From NCBI GenBank assembly GCA_965225085.1, contig CBDDBE010000001.1, positions 193,641 through 257,640 of the forward strand: a stretch of 64,000 bases of DNA, in the 5' to 3' direction. The stretch is from an uncultured Candidatus Saccharibacteria bacterium (GTDB lineage: Bacteria > Patescibacteriota > Saccharimonadia > Saccharimonadales > EFPC-124). The notes under the pieces were generated by a model. That model was not told the origin of the DNA and did no database searches. It saw only the letters and a program-made list of their open reading frames with translations. How positions within the stretch are numbered: the first letter of the stretch is position 1; every line of letters begins with the position of its first letter. Positions 10,300 through 18,796 of this stretch are shown in pieces. The translations under genes were made by a program, and so were the position numbers.

Positions 10300-11202
10300 C
10301 TACGCCCCTACGCGGTCTTTTTTGTTGCGGCGCTTGGCGTTAAGCTCAATGTATTCGATAACCTTTTCAGCGATATTGCGGCCAGTGACTTTTTCGATAC
10401 CAAATCCAGGCGACGAGTTCACCTCGAGCACGAGCGGACCGCGCGAACTTCGCATCATGTCTACACCACAAAATGGTAACCCCATCGTCCGGGCTGTTTT
10501 GATCGCCATGCGGCGCTCTTCCTCGGTCAATTTGACCGGCTTGCCTTCGCCACCCTGATGCAGGTTCGAGCGAAAATCATCGTCCAGGCTCTGACGCATC
10601 ATGCTTGAGACGACTTTGTTGCCAACCACAACGGCACGAATGTCGGTGCCGGCCGATTCCTTCACAAATTCCTGAACCAAAAAGCTCACGTTCTCGACAT
10701 AAAATGCCTGCATAACCGCCTTGGCGGCTTTATTCGTTTCAGCCAGGACCACGCCGTTGCCATGCGTGCCGCGTGCCACTTTAATAATCAAGGGCGCACC
10801 ACCCGCTTGCTCAATCAAGTCGTCAAACGCGGCGGTCTCGCTGGCAAACAGGGTTGTCGGAATGCCGATCCCGGCGCGGGCTAGCAGCTGCATTGCACGC
10901 AGCTTGTCCCGCGAGCGCGTAATGGCGATCGAGTTAGCGGTCGTATAAATACCCCGCATCTCGAACTGACGCAGGATAGCCGCACCGTAGCGGGTGTAGC
11001 TCTGGGCAATCCGCGGGATAATCGCGTCAAAGTCGTCCAGGTCTTGCCCTTCGTACCGTACGACCGGCTTATTCTGCTCAACCTTTACGTAACACTTGGC
11101 ATAGTTAATGACGTGGATTTCATGGCCTTGTTTTTCGGCCTCTTCCCGGAGTCGCTTGGTCGAGTAGTTACCCGGCCCCTTGGATAAAATTGCGATCTTC
11201 AT
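10300..11202 (-). CDS. rimK: RimK-family alpha-L-glutamate ligase (ATP-grasp)
   Basis: 300 aa starting MKIAILS...YSTKRL, with ATP-grasp motifs and a full-length RimK-like sequence. Confidence 0.85.
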   Translation of the reverse strand: MKIAILSKGPGNYSTKRLREEAEKQGHEIHVINYAKCYVKVEQNKPVVRYEGQDLDDFDAIIPRIAQSYTRYGAAILRQFEMRGIYTTANSIAITRSRDKLRAMQLLARAGIGIPTTLFASETAAFDDLIEQAGGAPLIIKVARGTHGNGVVLAETNKAAKAVMQAFYVENVSFLVQEFVKESAGTDIRAVVVGNKVVSSMMRQSLDDDFRSNLHQGGEGKPVKLTEEERRMAIKTARTMGLPFCGVDMMRSSRGPLVLEVNSSPGFGIEKVTGRNIAEKVIEYIELNAKRRNKKDRVGA

Positions 11203-11217
11203 ATTCGTCGTTCCTCA

Positions 11218-11685
11218 TTATTTAGAAAACTCACTCCGTAGCTCATCTGCGCGTTGCCTCTCGGCGGCGTGGTCAGGCCGGCCCATCTGCACATCCACGA
11301 CAAACTTGCCATGGAGCGCCCGACGCCCGATAAGTACAGGATAGGCTTGTCGAGAGCGATCGGCAAGAGTAAAACTTGCACGAATTCGTCGTCCGTTAAT
11401 AATTACCATCAGTTTCACCTTGTAACGAATCTGCTGATGCCCCGTAGAGCTCGCCACAGCAACCCGCTGAAATTCATCCGCAAAGTGCTCTTCGCCAGAG
11501 TAAAATGAACTTTTTGGCCCAAATAGCACGAACGCCAAACCGCCGTCCCGCTCCTGGACGTGCGACGCCCAGATGGCTGACGTACGTGCACCAGTATCAA
11601 TCTTGGCCGGCACGCCAAAAAGCCCCTGGTCGGGCAAATCTATGACATCGGCTCGCCCAATAATATCTTTCGTTTTTTCTACCAT
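11218..11685 (-). CDS. RimK-associated retropepsin-like protease (COG4067, annotated as ATP-dependent zinc protease)
   Basis: Contains VIDLPDQGLFGVPAKIDTGARTSAIWA. Sits immediately upstream of rimK. Confidence 0.7.
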   Translation of the reverse strand: MVEKTKDIIGRADVIDLPDQGLFGVPAKIDTGARTSAIWASHVQERDGGLAFVLFGPKSSFYSGEEHFADEFQRVAVASSTGHQQIRYKVKLMVIINGRRIRASFTLADRSRQAYPVLIGRRALHGKFVVDVQMGRPDHAAERQRADELRSEFSK

Positions 11686-11763
11686 ATGTGTTGGTACTAT
11701 TGTATCAACTTTTTGTTATCTGGCGAAGATTACCCAGGCATTTATTGAATCCGAGTGCTCATT

Positions 11764-12873
11764 CTACCAAAGCTTCTTCTTCCGCCCCTCTGGCGTGCCA
11801 AATTCCTGCAGTAGTTCTTTTTGTCGCTTGGTGAGCTTGGTTGGCGTATCGACATGGATGGTCGCAATATGCGGCCCCCGACCATCACCGCGCAGATGTG
11901 GTACGCCATGATTGCTGAGCTTGAAGTCCGTTCCGCTTTGTGTGCCAGCGGGAATTTTCATGGTTAACTCGCCATCAACGGTGTCGATTTGAATCTCTGC
12001 GCCAAGTGCCGCCTGGACCATACTAATGCGTTCGTTGCTGAGGATGATGTCGCCTTCGCGGGTAAAATGCTTGTGCGATTTTACGCGAATATTTACATAC
12101 AAGTCGCCCTTTTCACCACCACGAATGGCCTCGCCCCGACCGCTCAGGCGGATGGTCGAGCCGTCATCGATGCCGGCAGGCACTTTTAGCTTGACTATCT
12201 GGTGTTCGCGCTCTGTTCCTTTGCCATGACAAACGGTGCAGGTCTTTTCCGGAATTTTGCCGCGACCTTCGCATGTTGGGCATACGGTGGCCTGCTGGAT
12301 TTGGCCGAACATCGTGTTCATGACGCGGTTGACTTGGCCCAATCCCTTGCAGGTGCCACACGTTTTGAGACCGTGGCCAGGCTCTGCCCCATCGCCCTTA
12401 CAGTGCGAACACGTGTCTTCCAGCGTGACAGAAATTTCCTTCTCGACGCCAAAAATAGCCTCATCAAAACTAAGGGTTACATTTACAGCAACATCCTGGC
12501 CACGACGGCTTTGCCCCTGCCGCTGCCCGCCGCCGAAGAAACTGCCAAAGATGTCGCCCAGCCCCAAATCGCCAAAATCGAAGTTGACATTCTGCCCCTG
12601 GCCGCCAAACCCTTGGAACCCTTCGAACGGATTACCCCCGCCGCCTCCGCCACTACCGCCTACTCCGGCATGGCCGAACTGGTCGTAGCGCTGCCGCTTC
12701 GACTGGTCCTTTAATACCTCGTAAGCTTCGTTGATCTCTTTGAACTTCGTCTCGTCGCCGCCCTCTTTATCCGGGTGGTATTTGACCGCTAACTTACGGA
12801 ATGATTTCTTGATCTCATCAGCAGATGCGTCCTTGGAAACGCCAAGGACTTCATAATAATCACGTTTGCTCAT
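11764..12873 (-). CDS. dnaJ: Chaperone DnaJ
   Basis: J domain with HPD, G/F region, and four CxxCxGxG zinc motifs. Confidence 0.97.
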   Translation of the reverse strand: MSKRDYYEVLGVSKDASADEIKKSFRKLAVKYHPDKEGGDETKFKEINEAYEVLKDQSKRQRYDQFGHAGVGGSGGGGGGNPFEGFQGFGGQGQNVNFDFGDLGLGDIFGSFFGGGQRQGQSRRGQDVAVNVTLSFDEAIFGVEKEISVTLEDTCSHCKGDGAEPGHGLKTCGTCKGLGQVNRVMNTMFGQIQQATVCPTCEGRGKIPEKTCTVCHGKGTEREHQIVKLKVPAGIDDGSTIRLSGRGEAIRGGEKGDLYVNIRVKSHKHFTREGDIILSNERISMVQAALGAEIQIDTVDGELTMKIPAGTQSGTDFKLSNHGVPHLRGDGRGPHIATIHVDTPTKLTKRQKELLQEFGTPEGRKKKLW

Positions 12874-12884
12874 ACAATTTTATT

Positions 12885-12911
12885 TTAGCACTTCAAGGCG
12901 AAGAGTGCTAA
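12885..12911. promoter_or_regulatory. CIRCE operator (HrcA site) upstream of dnaJ
   Basis: TTAGCACTT-N9-GAGTGCTAA, 11 nt upstream of the dnaJ ATG. Confidence 0.85.
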
Positions 12912-12980
12912 ATCTTACTTAAATTACATTAAAATGTGGTATGATATACTTGTTTCGTATCCCTCAATCGAGGAGTATCC

Positions 12981-13307
12981 ATGGCCGATCAAGCCCCGGG
13001 GACCACAAGCTACTACGTCTCTCGCATGCGCGTCCGACGCGAGCTGATCCCGGTTTACGAGAACGACGCCATTACGGCCTACCGCTGCGTGACCTACGCA
13101 GCGAACGGGCCTCAGGACGGCGACAAGGTCCTTGCCGATCAGGTCGAGTTCGAAGATGTCCTGATTGACATGAGGCTGATGCCAGCACGCGATCTTGCGC
13201 GAACGCTTCTTGCGAAGGGCTGGCGTGCACTCGATCTGGACAAGCTGGTCCTGCACCGGCCGACTGACAGCGAACCGCTCGAGACGCTGCTACGTATCGT
13301 CCAGTAA
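12981..13307 (+). CDS. Orphan hypothetical protein (cassette B)
   Basis: 108 aa. Extended -10 tggTATGAT (12937-12945), SD gaggag. The first 60 nt are 39/60 G+C versus 27/60 for dnaJ (hand count). Confidence 0.55.
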   Translation: MADQAPGTTSYYVSRMRVRRELIPVYENDAITAYRCVTYAANGPQDGDKVLADQVEFEDVLIDMRLMPARDLARTLLAKGWRALDLDKLVLHRPTDSEPLETLLRIVQ

Positions 13308-13349
13308 TAAAGCCTCGCAGCTGCGGCGGCCCGACCGGCATCTACAGCC

Positions 13350-13379
13350 GTGAGGCCCCGCGCACATGCGGGGCCTCAC
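13350..13379. terminator. GC-rich hairpin between convergent cassette B and dnaK
   Basis: gtgaggccccgc / gcggggcctcac, a 12-bp perfect stem with no U-tract. Confidence 0.6.
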
Positions 13380-13396
13380 TATATCGCCACAAAACG

Positions 13397-15298
13397 CTAT
13401 TTCTTCTCAGCGTCGTCTACGACCTCACCCTCAACAGGCTCGTCTGCTTTCTTGTCCTCGTCGGGCTGTGGGTCTTCGCTCGGCTTTTCGTCCTTGCTGA
13501 CGGCTTCGTACAGCTTGGCGCCGATTGGCATGATCTTCTCGTTCAGGTCTTTGCCGGCTTGAGTGACTTTCTCGAGGTCGTCAGAATTCTCGAACTCACG
13601 AGCGGCCTTGACGGCGTCCTCGATGACTTTTTTGTCCTCATCGCTGATCTTGTCCTTGTGCTCGGTTGGGAGCTTCTCGGCCTGATAGATGGTCTGGGCC
13701 AGCGTGTTCTTGGCGTCGACCAGCTCGCGCTTTTTCTTGTCCTCGTCGGCGTGGGCTTCGGCTTCCTTTTGGGCTTTTTCGATGTCATCTTTGCTGAGGT
13801 TACCGCTGTTCTGGATAGTGATGCTCTGCTCTTTGCCAGTGCCTTTGTCCTTGGCTGTCACGTTCAGGATGCCGTTGGCATCGAGGTTGAAGGTGACTTC
13901 GACTTGCGGCACGCCACGAGGTGCTGGCGCGATGCCGTCAAGGATAAATTTGCCCAGGCTCTTGTTGTCGGCTGCCATTTCGCGCTCGCCCTGCAGCACA
14001 TGAATTTCGACTTGCGGCTGATTGTCGGCAGCGGTGCTAAATGTCTCGGATTTGCTGGTCGGGATAGTAGTGTTGCGGTCGATCAGCTTAGTCGTTACAC
14101 CGCCCATAGTCTCGATACCAAGGCTCAGCGGAGTCACGTCCAGCAGCAGCACGTCCTTGACATCGCCAGCTAGCACGCCACCCTGAATGGCAGCACCAAC
14201 GGCTACGACTTCATCAGGGTTGACGCCCTTTAGCGGCTCCTTGCCAAAGATCTTCTTGACCTTCTCGACGACAGCCGGCATGCGGGTCATACCGCCAACC
14301 AGTACAATCTCGTCGATGTCGGCAGCGGTCAGGCCAGCGTCTTTGAGAGCCTTCTCGCACGGAGCAGCCGTATTGTCGATCAAATCAGCAACAATTTCCT
14401 CCAGCTTGGCACGAGTCAGCTTGGTCTCGAAGTGCTTTGGACCATCGGCATCAGCGGTCAGGAATGGCAGGTTGATGTCTGTTTCGGTCGTGGTGCTGAG
14501 CTCTTTCTTGGCCTTCTCGGCTTCGTCCTTCAGGCGCTGCATCGCGGCGTTGTCGCCCTTCAGGTCCACGCCGTGCTCTTTCTTGAACTCCTCTAGAAAA
14601 TAATTGACCAAACGATTGTCAAAGTCTTCACCGCCCAAGTGCGTGTCACCGTTGGTGCTTTTGACTTCGAACACGCCATCGCCCAGCTCGAGGATGGACA
14701 CGTCAAACGTACCGCCACCAAGGTCAAAAACGGCAATCTTCTCTTCCTTTTTCTTGTCCAGGCCGTAGGCCAAGGCAGCTGCAGTTGGCTCGTTGATGAT
14801 ACGTTTGACCTCAAGGCCGGCAATCTTGCCTGCGTCCTTAGTCGCTTGGCGCTGAGAATCGTCGAAGTAAGCCGGAACGGTGATAACCGCTTCGGTAACG
14901 GGCTCGCCCAGGAACGCCTCGGCGTCTGCCTTCAGCTTGCTGAGGATCATGGCGCTGACTTCCTCGGGGCTGTATTCTTTGTCGCCCATCTTTACCTTTA
15001 CGCTGTCGGCGGCGCGTACAATTTCGTAGGGCATCAGGTCGAGGTCCTTCTGGACCTCGGGGCTATCGAACTTGCGGCCGATCAAACGCTTCACGCCATA
15101 AATCGTATTACGCGCATTGGTCACTCGCTGTCGCTGCGCCACCTGACCGACCAAACGCTGGCCGGCCTTGTTGATGGCCACTACGCTCGGCGTTGTGCGG
15201 TTTCCCTCGGCATTTGCAATAACCTCAGGCTTACCAGCAATCATATACGCTACCGCGCTGTTGGTTGTGCCGAGGTCAATTCCGATAATTTTACCCAT
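13397..15298 (-). CDS. dnaK: Chaperone DnaK (Hsp70)
   Basis: 633 aa starting GIDLGTTNS, with a full-length Hsp70 sequence. Confidence 0.98.
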   Translation of the reverse strand: MGKIIGIDLGTTNSAVAYMIAGKPEVIANAEGNRTTPSVVAINKAGQRLVGQVAQRQRVTNARNTIYGVKRLIGRKFDSPEVQKDLDLMPYEIVRAADSVKVKMGDKEYSPEEVSAMILSKLKADAEAFLGEPVTEAVITVPAYFDDSQRQATKDAGKIAGLEVKRIINEPTAAALAYGLDKKKEEKIAVFDLGGGTFDVSILELGDGVFEVKSTNGDTHLGGEDFDNRLVNYFLEEFKKEHGVDLKGDNAAMQRLKDEAEKAKKELSTTTETDINLPFLTADADGPKHFETKLTRAKLEEIVADLIDNTAAPCEKALKDAGLTAADIDEIVLVGGMTRMPAVVEKVKKIFGKEPLKGVNPDEVVAVGAAIQGGVLAGDVKDVLLLDVTPLSLGIETMGGVTTKLIDRNTTIPTSKSETFSTAADNQPQVEIHVLQGEREMAADNKSLGKFILDGIAPAPRGVPQVEVTFNLDANGILNVTAKDKGTGKEQSITIQNSGNLSKDDIEKAQKEAEAHADEDKKKRELVDAKNTLAQTIYQAEKLPTEHKDKISDEDKKVIEDAVKAAREFENSDDLEKVTQAGKDLNEKIMPIGAKLYEAVSKDEKPSEDPQPDEDKKADEPVEGEVVDDAEKK

Positions 15299-15393
15299 AG
15301 GTCCTCCTGATTTATTACATTTGAAAGTAAATACAATATGTTCTTATCTTAGCAGCAGCGTGTACCGACTGCTAATACACCTAGCATAAAAAA

Positions 15394-15420
15394 TTAGCAC
15401 TCGCGAGTCAAGAGTGCTAA
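15394..15420. promoter_or_regulatory. CIRCE operator upstream of dnaK, with an embedded -35
   Basis: TTAGCACTC-N9-GAGTGCTAA. On the coding strand the spacer reads TTGACTcgc, and TATGCT lies 17 nt downstream (15388-15383). Confidence 0.9.
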
Positions 15421-15439
15421 TTTGATCTTCCTGGCATGG

Positions 15440-16006
15440 CTATTCCTCGCCGCGGGTCTCTTTCTCGTGCTCGACTGGCAGCTCGCTAGCCTTGGTTCCT
15501 TCTATCGCGTCCAGCGCAGCCTCTTCGGGTGCATGTTCGGGCGCTTCCTGGCCGGTAACCTTGACTAGGCTATGCCGAACAACCTGGCCGTCCAGCATAT
15601 ACCCGGCCCGTAGTTCTTCGCTCACCACTTGGTGCTCACCGTCACCGTCAGCGCTGATTGCTTCGTGCAGGTTTGGGTCAAACACCTGCCCAACGCTTAC
15701 GATGCGCGCAAGGCCTAGATCGGCCAGCGACTTCTCTAGGCTCCTACCCAACGAGCTAATGCCCCTGGCCCACTGGTTATCGGCCAGCTCGGCAGGCACG
15801 TGCATGACCGCTCGCTCGATGTTGTCGACGACGGGCAATAGTTTTAGCACTGTTGCGGCCCTGGCACTCTGAACTGTACGTTGCCGCTCCTCGTCCATGC
15901 GCGTTCGATAATTCACAAAGTCTGCCTGCACCCGTTTCAGGTCGGCAGTCAGCTCGTCCAGGTGCTCCTCGAGCTCTGATTCGCGTTTGCTCTTTTTATC
16001 TGCCAT
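15440..16006 (-). CDS. grpE: Nucleotide exchange factor GrpE
   Basis: 188 aa with a coiled-coil N-terminus and GrpE C-terminal pattern (FDPNLHEA...GY.L.GQVVR...V.V). Confidence 0.93.
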   Translation of the reverse strand: MADKKSKRESELEEHLDELTADLKRVQADFVNYRTRMDEERQRTVQSARAATVLKLLPVVDNIERAVMHVPAELADNQWARGISSLGRSLEKSLADLGLARIVSVGQVFDPNLHEAISADGDGEHQVVSEELRAGYMLDGQVVRHSLVKVTGQEAPEHAPEEAALDAIEGTKASELPVEHEKETRGEE

Positions 16007-16052
16007 AACGGCCTCCAGATTATACTTGCGTGTTTACCTTATCGTATGGCAA

Positions 16053-16079
16053 TTAGCAGTCAGCAGTCAAGACTGCTAG
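16053..16079. promoter_or_regulatory. CIRCE-variant operator upstream of grpE
   Basis: TTAGCAGTC-N9-GACTGCTAG. The spacer reads TTGACTgct on the coding strand. Confidence 0.75.
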
Positions 16080-16155
16080 ATAGTCGCGCCATTCTATGAT
16101 ATCCTCCTTTTCGGAACAGGTCCCTGTCCGACTCCTACAGAATGAGGTAGACGTC

Positions 16156-16608
16156 GTGAAGTATACTGGCATCAACTACGAAGTCGAACCTGGCAAGGCC
16201 GTCTTCTTCGGCTCTGAGGTCAACCGGAACATCCGCCCTGGTCAGTGGTACATGAAGGGCTTTCCTGCCGGCGACGCAATTGGAGCTGCCTTCGCCGCGA
16301 CGTACTGTCCGGTTCGCAGCATGCGCGATGTCCGTCGGGACATCCTGGGCTGCATCCAGAAGGCCAAGCGGGCTGGCACCGGTCGCGAGATGAGCATGGT
16401 CCTGGTCTACAAGACCCACGCCCTGTTCCTCTTCGCACAAGGCGTGCTGGCCGTCGAGGACTTCAGCCGGGAGCTCACCGAAGCCGCCGGCTCCATCGAC
16501 GTGCCGAATGTCAGATTCGGGCGTCGCCGACTGACGGTGCGCATCGTCGACAATGAAGCCTACTTCCAGGCCCCCGTCGCGGCCGACAGTGACGGTAACC
16601 TGATCTGA
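16156..16608 (+). CDS. Orphan hypothetical protein (cassette C)
   Basis: GTG start 7 nt after SD gaggt. The ATG at 16096 from the ORF track lies inside the -10 TATGAT (16095-16100). G+C-rich, no family recognised. Confidence 0.5.
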   Translation: MKYTGINYEVEPGKAVFFGSEVNRNIRPGQWYMKGFPAGDAIGAAFAATYCPVRSMRDVRRDILGCIQKAKRAGTGREMSMVLVYKTHALFLFAQGVLAVEDFSRELTEAAGSIDVPNVRFGRRRLTVRIVDNEAYFQAPVAADSDGNLI

Positions 16609-16612
16609 CATC

Positions 16613-16646
16613 CGAGGGGCGTGCCCGTACAAACGGGAACGCCCCT
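16613..16646 (+). terminator. GC-rich hairpin after cassette C
   Basis: gaggggcgt / acgcccctc outer stem with cccgt / acggg inner stem. Confidence 0.6.
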
Positions 16647-16718
16647 CATTCAATGTCTGTACATCTAACCCCAAATGCAGAAGACACATAGGACGTCGCG
16701 CGATCGACTACAGAAATA

Positions 16719-16747
16719 TTGACTATTTATAATTTTTATTGTATGAT
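16719..16747 (+). promoter_or_regulatory. Sigma70-like promoter of cassette D
   Basis: TTGACT-N17-TATGAT in an AT-rich stretch. Confidence 0.65.
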
Positions 16748-16780
16748 CTAAAACAGTTCTTCCCCCTCAGGAGGTGAACC

Positions 16781-16813
16781 ATGAATCGCAACGTGATATT
16801 GTTTGCGATCTAG
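16781..16813 (+). CDS. 10-codon leader mini-ORF (MNRNVILFAI)
   Basis: Near-perfect SD aggaggtga 5 nt upstream of the ATG. It lies in the 5' leader of cassette D and is followed by the direct repeat GAATTGAC x2 (16823-16830 and 16839-16846). Confidence 0.35.
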   Translation: MNRNVILFAI

Positions 16814-16896
16814 CCCTTACCGGAATTGACATGACGACGAATTGACGTTTCGACCGGCCCAATAGCAGCCAACCGAACCGACAAATCGGAGTAGCC

Positions 16897-17316
16897 ATGT
16901 CGTTTGACCCCGAAGCACTGGCCCGACTCGCAGAGTTCGCTCGCGAGCTCGACGCGCCAGAAGGAGAGACCTTCGATGAGCTGCAACAAGCTCGCGAAGA
17001 CGAAGCCGCTGCCACCCGCGAGGCGCTCCGTCGCCGAATCGCCGAGCTGGATGAACTGGCCAATCAGGCCCGTGAGTCTGCGGCACAAGCGACCAGGGAG
17101 TACAGAGCCAAACTCGCAAAGCAGATCGACCGAGTTCGGCACGAGCCCAGGCTCACCCGCGGACAACGCAACGACTGGTACCGCGATCTCGAGCGTGGCG
17201 CTATCCCAGCAGACGTATTCTACGAACGCGAGCTGCAACTGGGAACGTACTACAGTCTCCGTCGCAAGCAGCAACAGCTGAAGCGCGAGCTCGCTGCGCT
17301 GGAGAACGAGGGCTAA
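16897..17316 (+). CDS. Orphan coiled-coil, charged hypothetical protein (cassette D)
   Basis: 139 aa rich in E/R/A/L heptad-like sequence. SD ggag. G+C-rich. Confidence 0.55.
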   Translation: MSFDPEALARLAEFARELDAPEGETFDELQQAREDEAAATREALRRRIAELDELANQARESAAQATREYRAKLAKQIDRVRHEPRLTRGQRNDWYRDLERGAIPADVFYERELQLGTYYSLRRKQQQLKRELAALENEG

Positions 17317-17318
17317 CG

Positions 17319-17358
17319 CCCCCAGAAAAGGCCCTCAAGCCTCAACTGGGGGTCTTTT
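17319..17358 (+). terminator. Intrinsic terminator after cassette D
   Basis: cccccag / ctggggg stem with an inner aggc/gcct stem, followed by tctttt. Confidence 0.7.
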
Positions 17359-17381
17359 CATATCGCGATCCCGGAATGAGA

Positions 17382-18080
17382 CTACAACACTTCTTCGAGT
17401 GATTGACCTGCGTGCGCCACGAGCCCCATTACTTGTCGGTAACTCTGCCTGGTTGGGCCTAGCACGCCGATGTAGCTGTGATCGGAAAAGGGCGAATGGA
17501 ACCTGCTAATAATAAGCGAGCAGCCGCTTTCCTTGCCAATTGGGTTCTCGCGGCCAATATAGACGCTAAGCGGTTTATTGGGAGCTGCCTCGCGCAGCCA
17601 CGGCTCGAGGTTATCAAGTAATTGCGCAACCTCATGGACCGGACCAATAGCCTGTAGGAATTCTGGTCGCATGAATAAACGCGAAAATCCACTGAGGTAC
17701 AGTTGGTCGCCAATAGTTGCCAGCCCGACGTTGTGGGTTAGCTCGGCCAGCATATCCACGGCTGAGCGAATGGCAAATTCCGGCCTGCCAGCTTGGCTTA
17801 ACCGAGTATCCATAGCTCTTGCCGTGCGATCGACGGCGTTATTATCGGCAGCTGTTAGCTGATTGACATAGAATCGATAGCCCTTGTCGGTGGGAATCCG
17901 CCCCGCAGAGGTGTGCGGCTGCATGATATAGCCCATTTCCTCTAGGCGGCTCATCTCAGCGCGAATAGTTGCCGAGCTCACATCAAAGATCTTACCCAAC
18001 ATCACCGAGCCAACCGGGGAGGCAACCTCAGCATATTGCTCGACAATAGCAGCTAAAATATGGGCCTGTCGTTCAGTCAT
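17382..18080 (-). CDS. hrcA: Heat-inducible repressor HrcA
   Basis: Starts MTERQAHILAAIVEQY (wHTH N-terminus). The longer ORF-track start would translate through the CIRCE element, so the internal Met was chosen. Confidence 0.9.
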   Translation of the reverse strand: MTERQAHILAAIVEQYAEVASPVGSVMLGKIFDVSSATIRAEMSRLEEMGYIMQPHTSAGRIPTDKGYRFYVNQLTAADNNAVDRTARAMDTRLSQAGRPEFAIRSAVDMLAELTHNVGLATIGDQLYLSGFSRLFMRPEFLQAIGPVHEVAQLLDNLEPWLREAAPNKPLSVYIGRENPIGKESGCSLIISRFHSPFSDHSYIGVLGPTRQSYRQVMGLVAHAGQSLEEVL

Positions 18081-18101
18081 TATTCTATTATGGTACGTCG
18101 T

Positions 18102-18128
18102 TTGGCACTCACGAGTCAAGAGTGCCAA
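18102..18128. promoter_or_regulatory. CIRCE-variant operator upstream of hrcA
   Basis: TTGGCACTC-N9-GAGTGCCAA. The spacer reads TTGACTcgt on the coding strand. Confidence 0.8.
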
Positions 18129-18171
18129 ACCCAGACGCTGCGTGGCATACCGCAGCAAGTTACAAAAAGTG

Positions 18172-18200
18172 TTGACTTATACATATATACCTGCTATTAT
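18172..18200 (+). promoter_or_regulatory. Near-consensus sigma70-like promoter
   Basis: TTGACT-N17-TATTAT. Confidence 0.7.
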
Positions 18201-18206
18201 AGCCAA

Positions 18207-18777
18207 ATCAGCTTGGGCGACAAACGTTGCCCCTGCGTAATTTGATAGATAGTTTGTGAAGTCATGTCGGACTGAATCCACCAAAATCTTTGGTGTAGCC
18301 AGTCCGACATGACCCCCGACGCAAGTGTTTGCAGAGGGGTCCCGTTCAGTATCCGAAAGGGTCACGATGATGATGAGGTCCGTGCGGCACATGGCCGCTC
18401 CGAGCTCGAATGTGATCTAAGGCCGGCCGGCGCCCCGCCGACACGATGACCGCATATGCGGACCGCGAAGTTTGACCTAGCGTCAACGCCTTCACGGCTG
18501 TCATGCGGCATCGTCCACACCGTCTTTTTTCTTTTCCGAAAGGAACGCCTCGTGCGCAACAAGAAGAAACCCGTGGCGGCGTCGGCCGCACGCACTAAGT
18601 AGGTAACTTGTGGCACTGCAGGCCACGAGCATCGAAAGGTGCAAAGACGGGCTCGCCCGAGAGGATGATTTGCCCTCCGTGGATGTTGCATTAAACCACG
18701 GACGGCAGTCGCCTCTCAGGGCGAGCCCCTCGCTCCAAACTATCTATCGAAGCAAGCACCCTATCTGGGTGCTTTTC
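18207..18777 (+). ncRNA. Candidate ~570-nt structured non-coding RNA (unclassified), or a decayed cassette
   Basis: Bounded by a promoter and a terminator (agcaccc-tatct-gggtgct-tttc, 18755-18777). No SD-led ORF over 50 codons on the + strand. Contains a 13-bp perfect stem (18262-18274 / 18300-18312, with inner stem 18279-18285 / 18289-18295), an 80-nt near-perfect hairpin (18649-18728), and three cgaaagg loops. Confidence 0.4.
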
Positions 18778-18796
18778 AATTTGCTTTCATTTTTTA

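Noticed and set aside
13559-15310. Long + strand ORFs (204, 138 and 223 aa) antisense to dnaK.
   Set aside because: They lie entirely within a strongly supported dnaK. Their translations are low-complexity (L/V/G/A-rich) with no SD or promoter. This is a typical antisense artefact of a G+C-biased conserved gene.
16096-16155. ATG 16096 as the start of cassette C.
   Set aside because: This ATG lies inside the -10 hexamer TATGAT. GTG 16156 has a properly spaced SD.
17382-18158. The longer HrcA start (ATG 18158) given by the ORF track.
   Set aside because: It would translate through the CIRCE operator and promoter. The conserved HrcA N-terminus begins at the internal Met (18080).
18366-18390. 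gatgatgatgaggtccgtgcggcac resembles the hammerhead core CUGAUGAG-UCCGUGAGGAC.
   Set aside because: The would-be stem II does not pair (gtcc versus ggcac) and no GAAAC follows. This is a coincidental match.
18309-18602. A 97-codon frame in the non-coding unit that is open except for one in-frame TGA (18450-18452), raising the idea of UGA recoding or a pseudogene.
   Set aside because: Every backbone gene in the window ends and reads normally with the standard code. The ATG lies inside a hairpin arm without an SD, and the translation looks non-protein-like. A decayed gene cannot be excluded.
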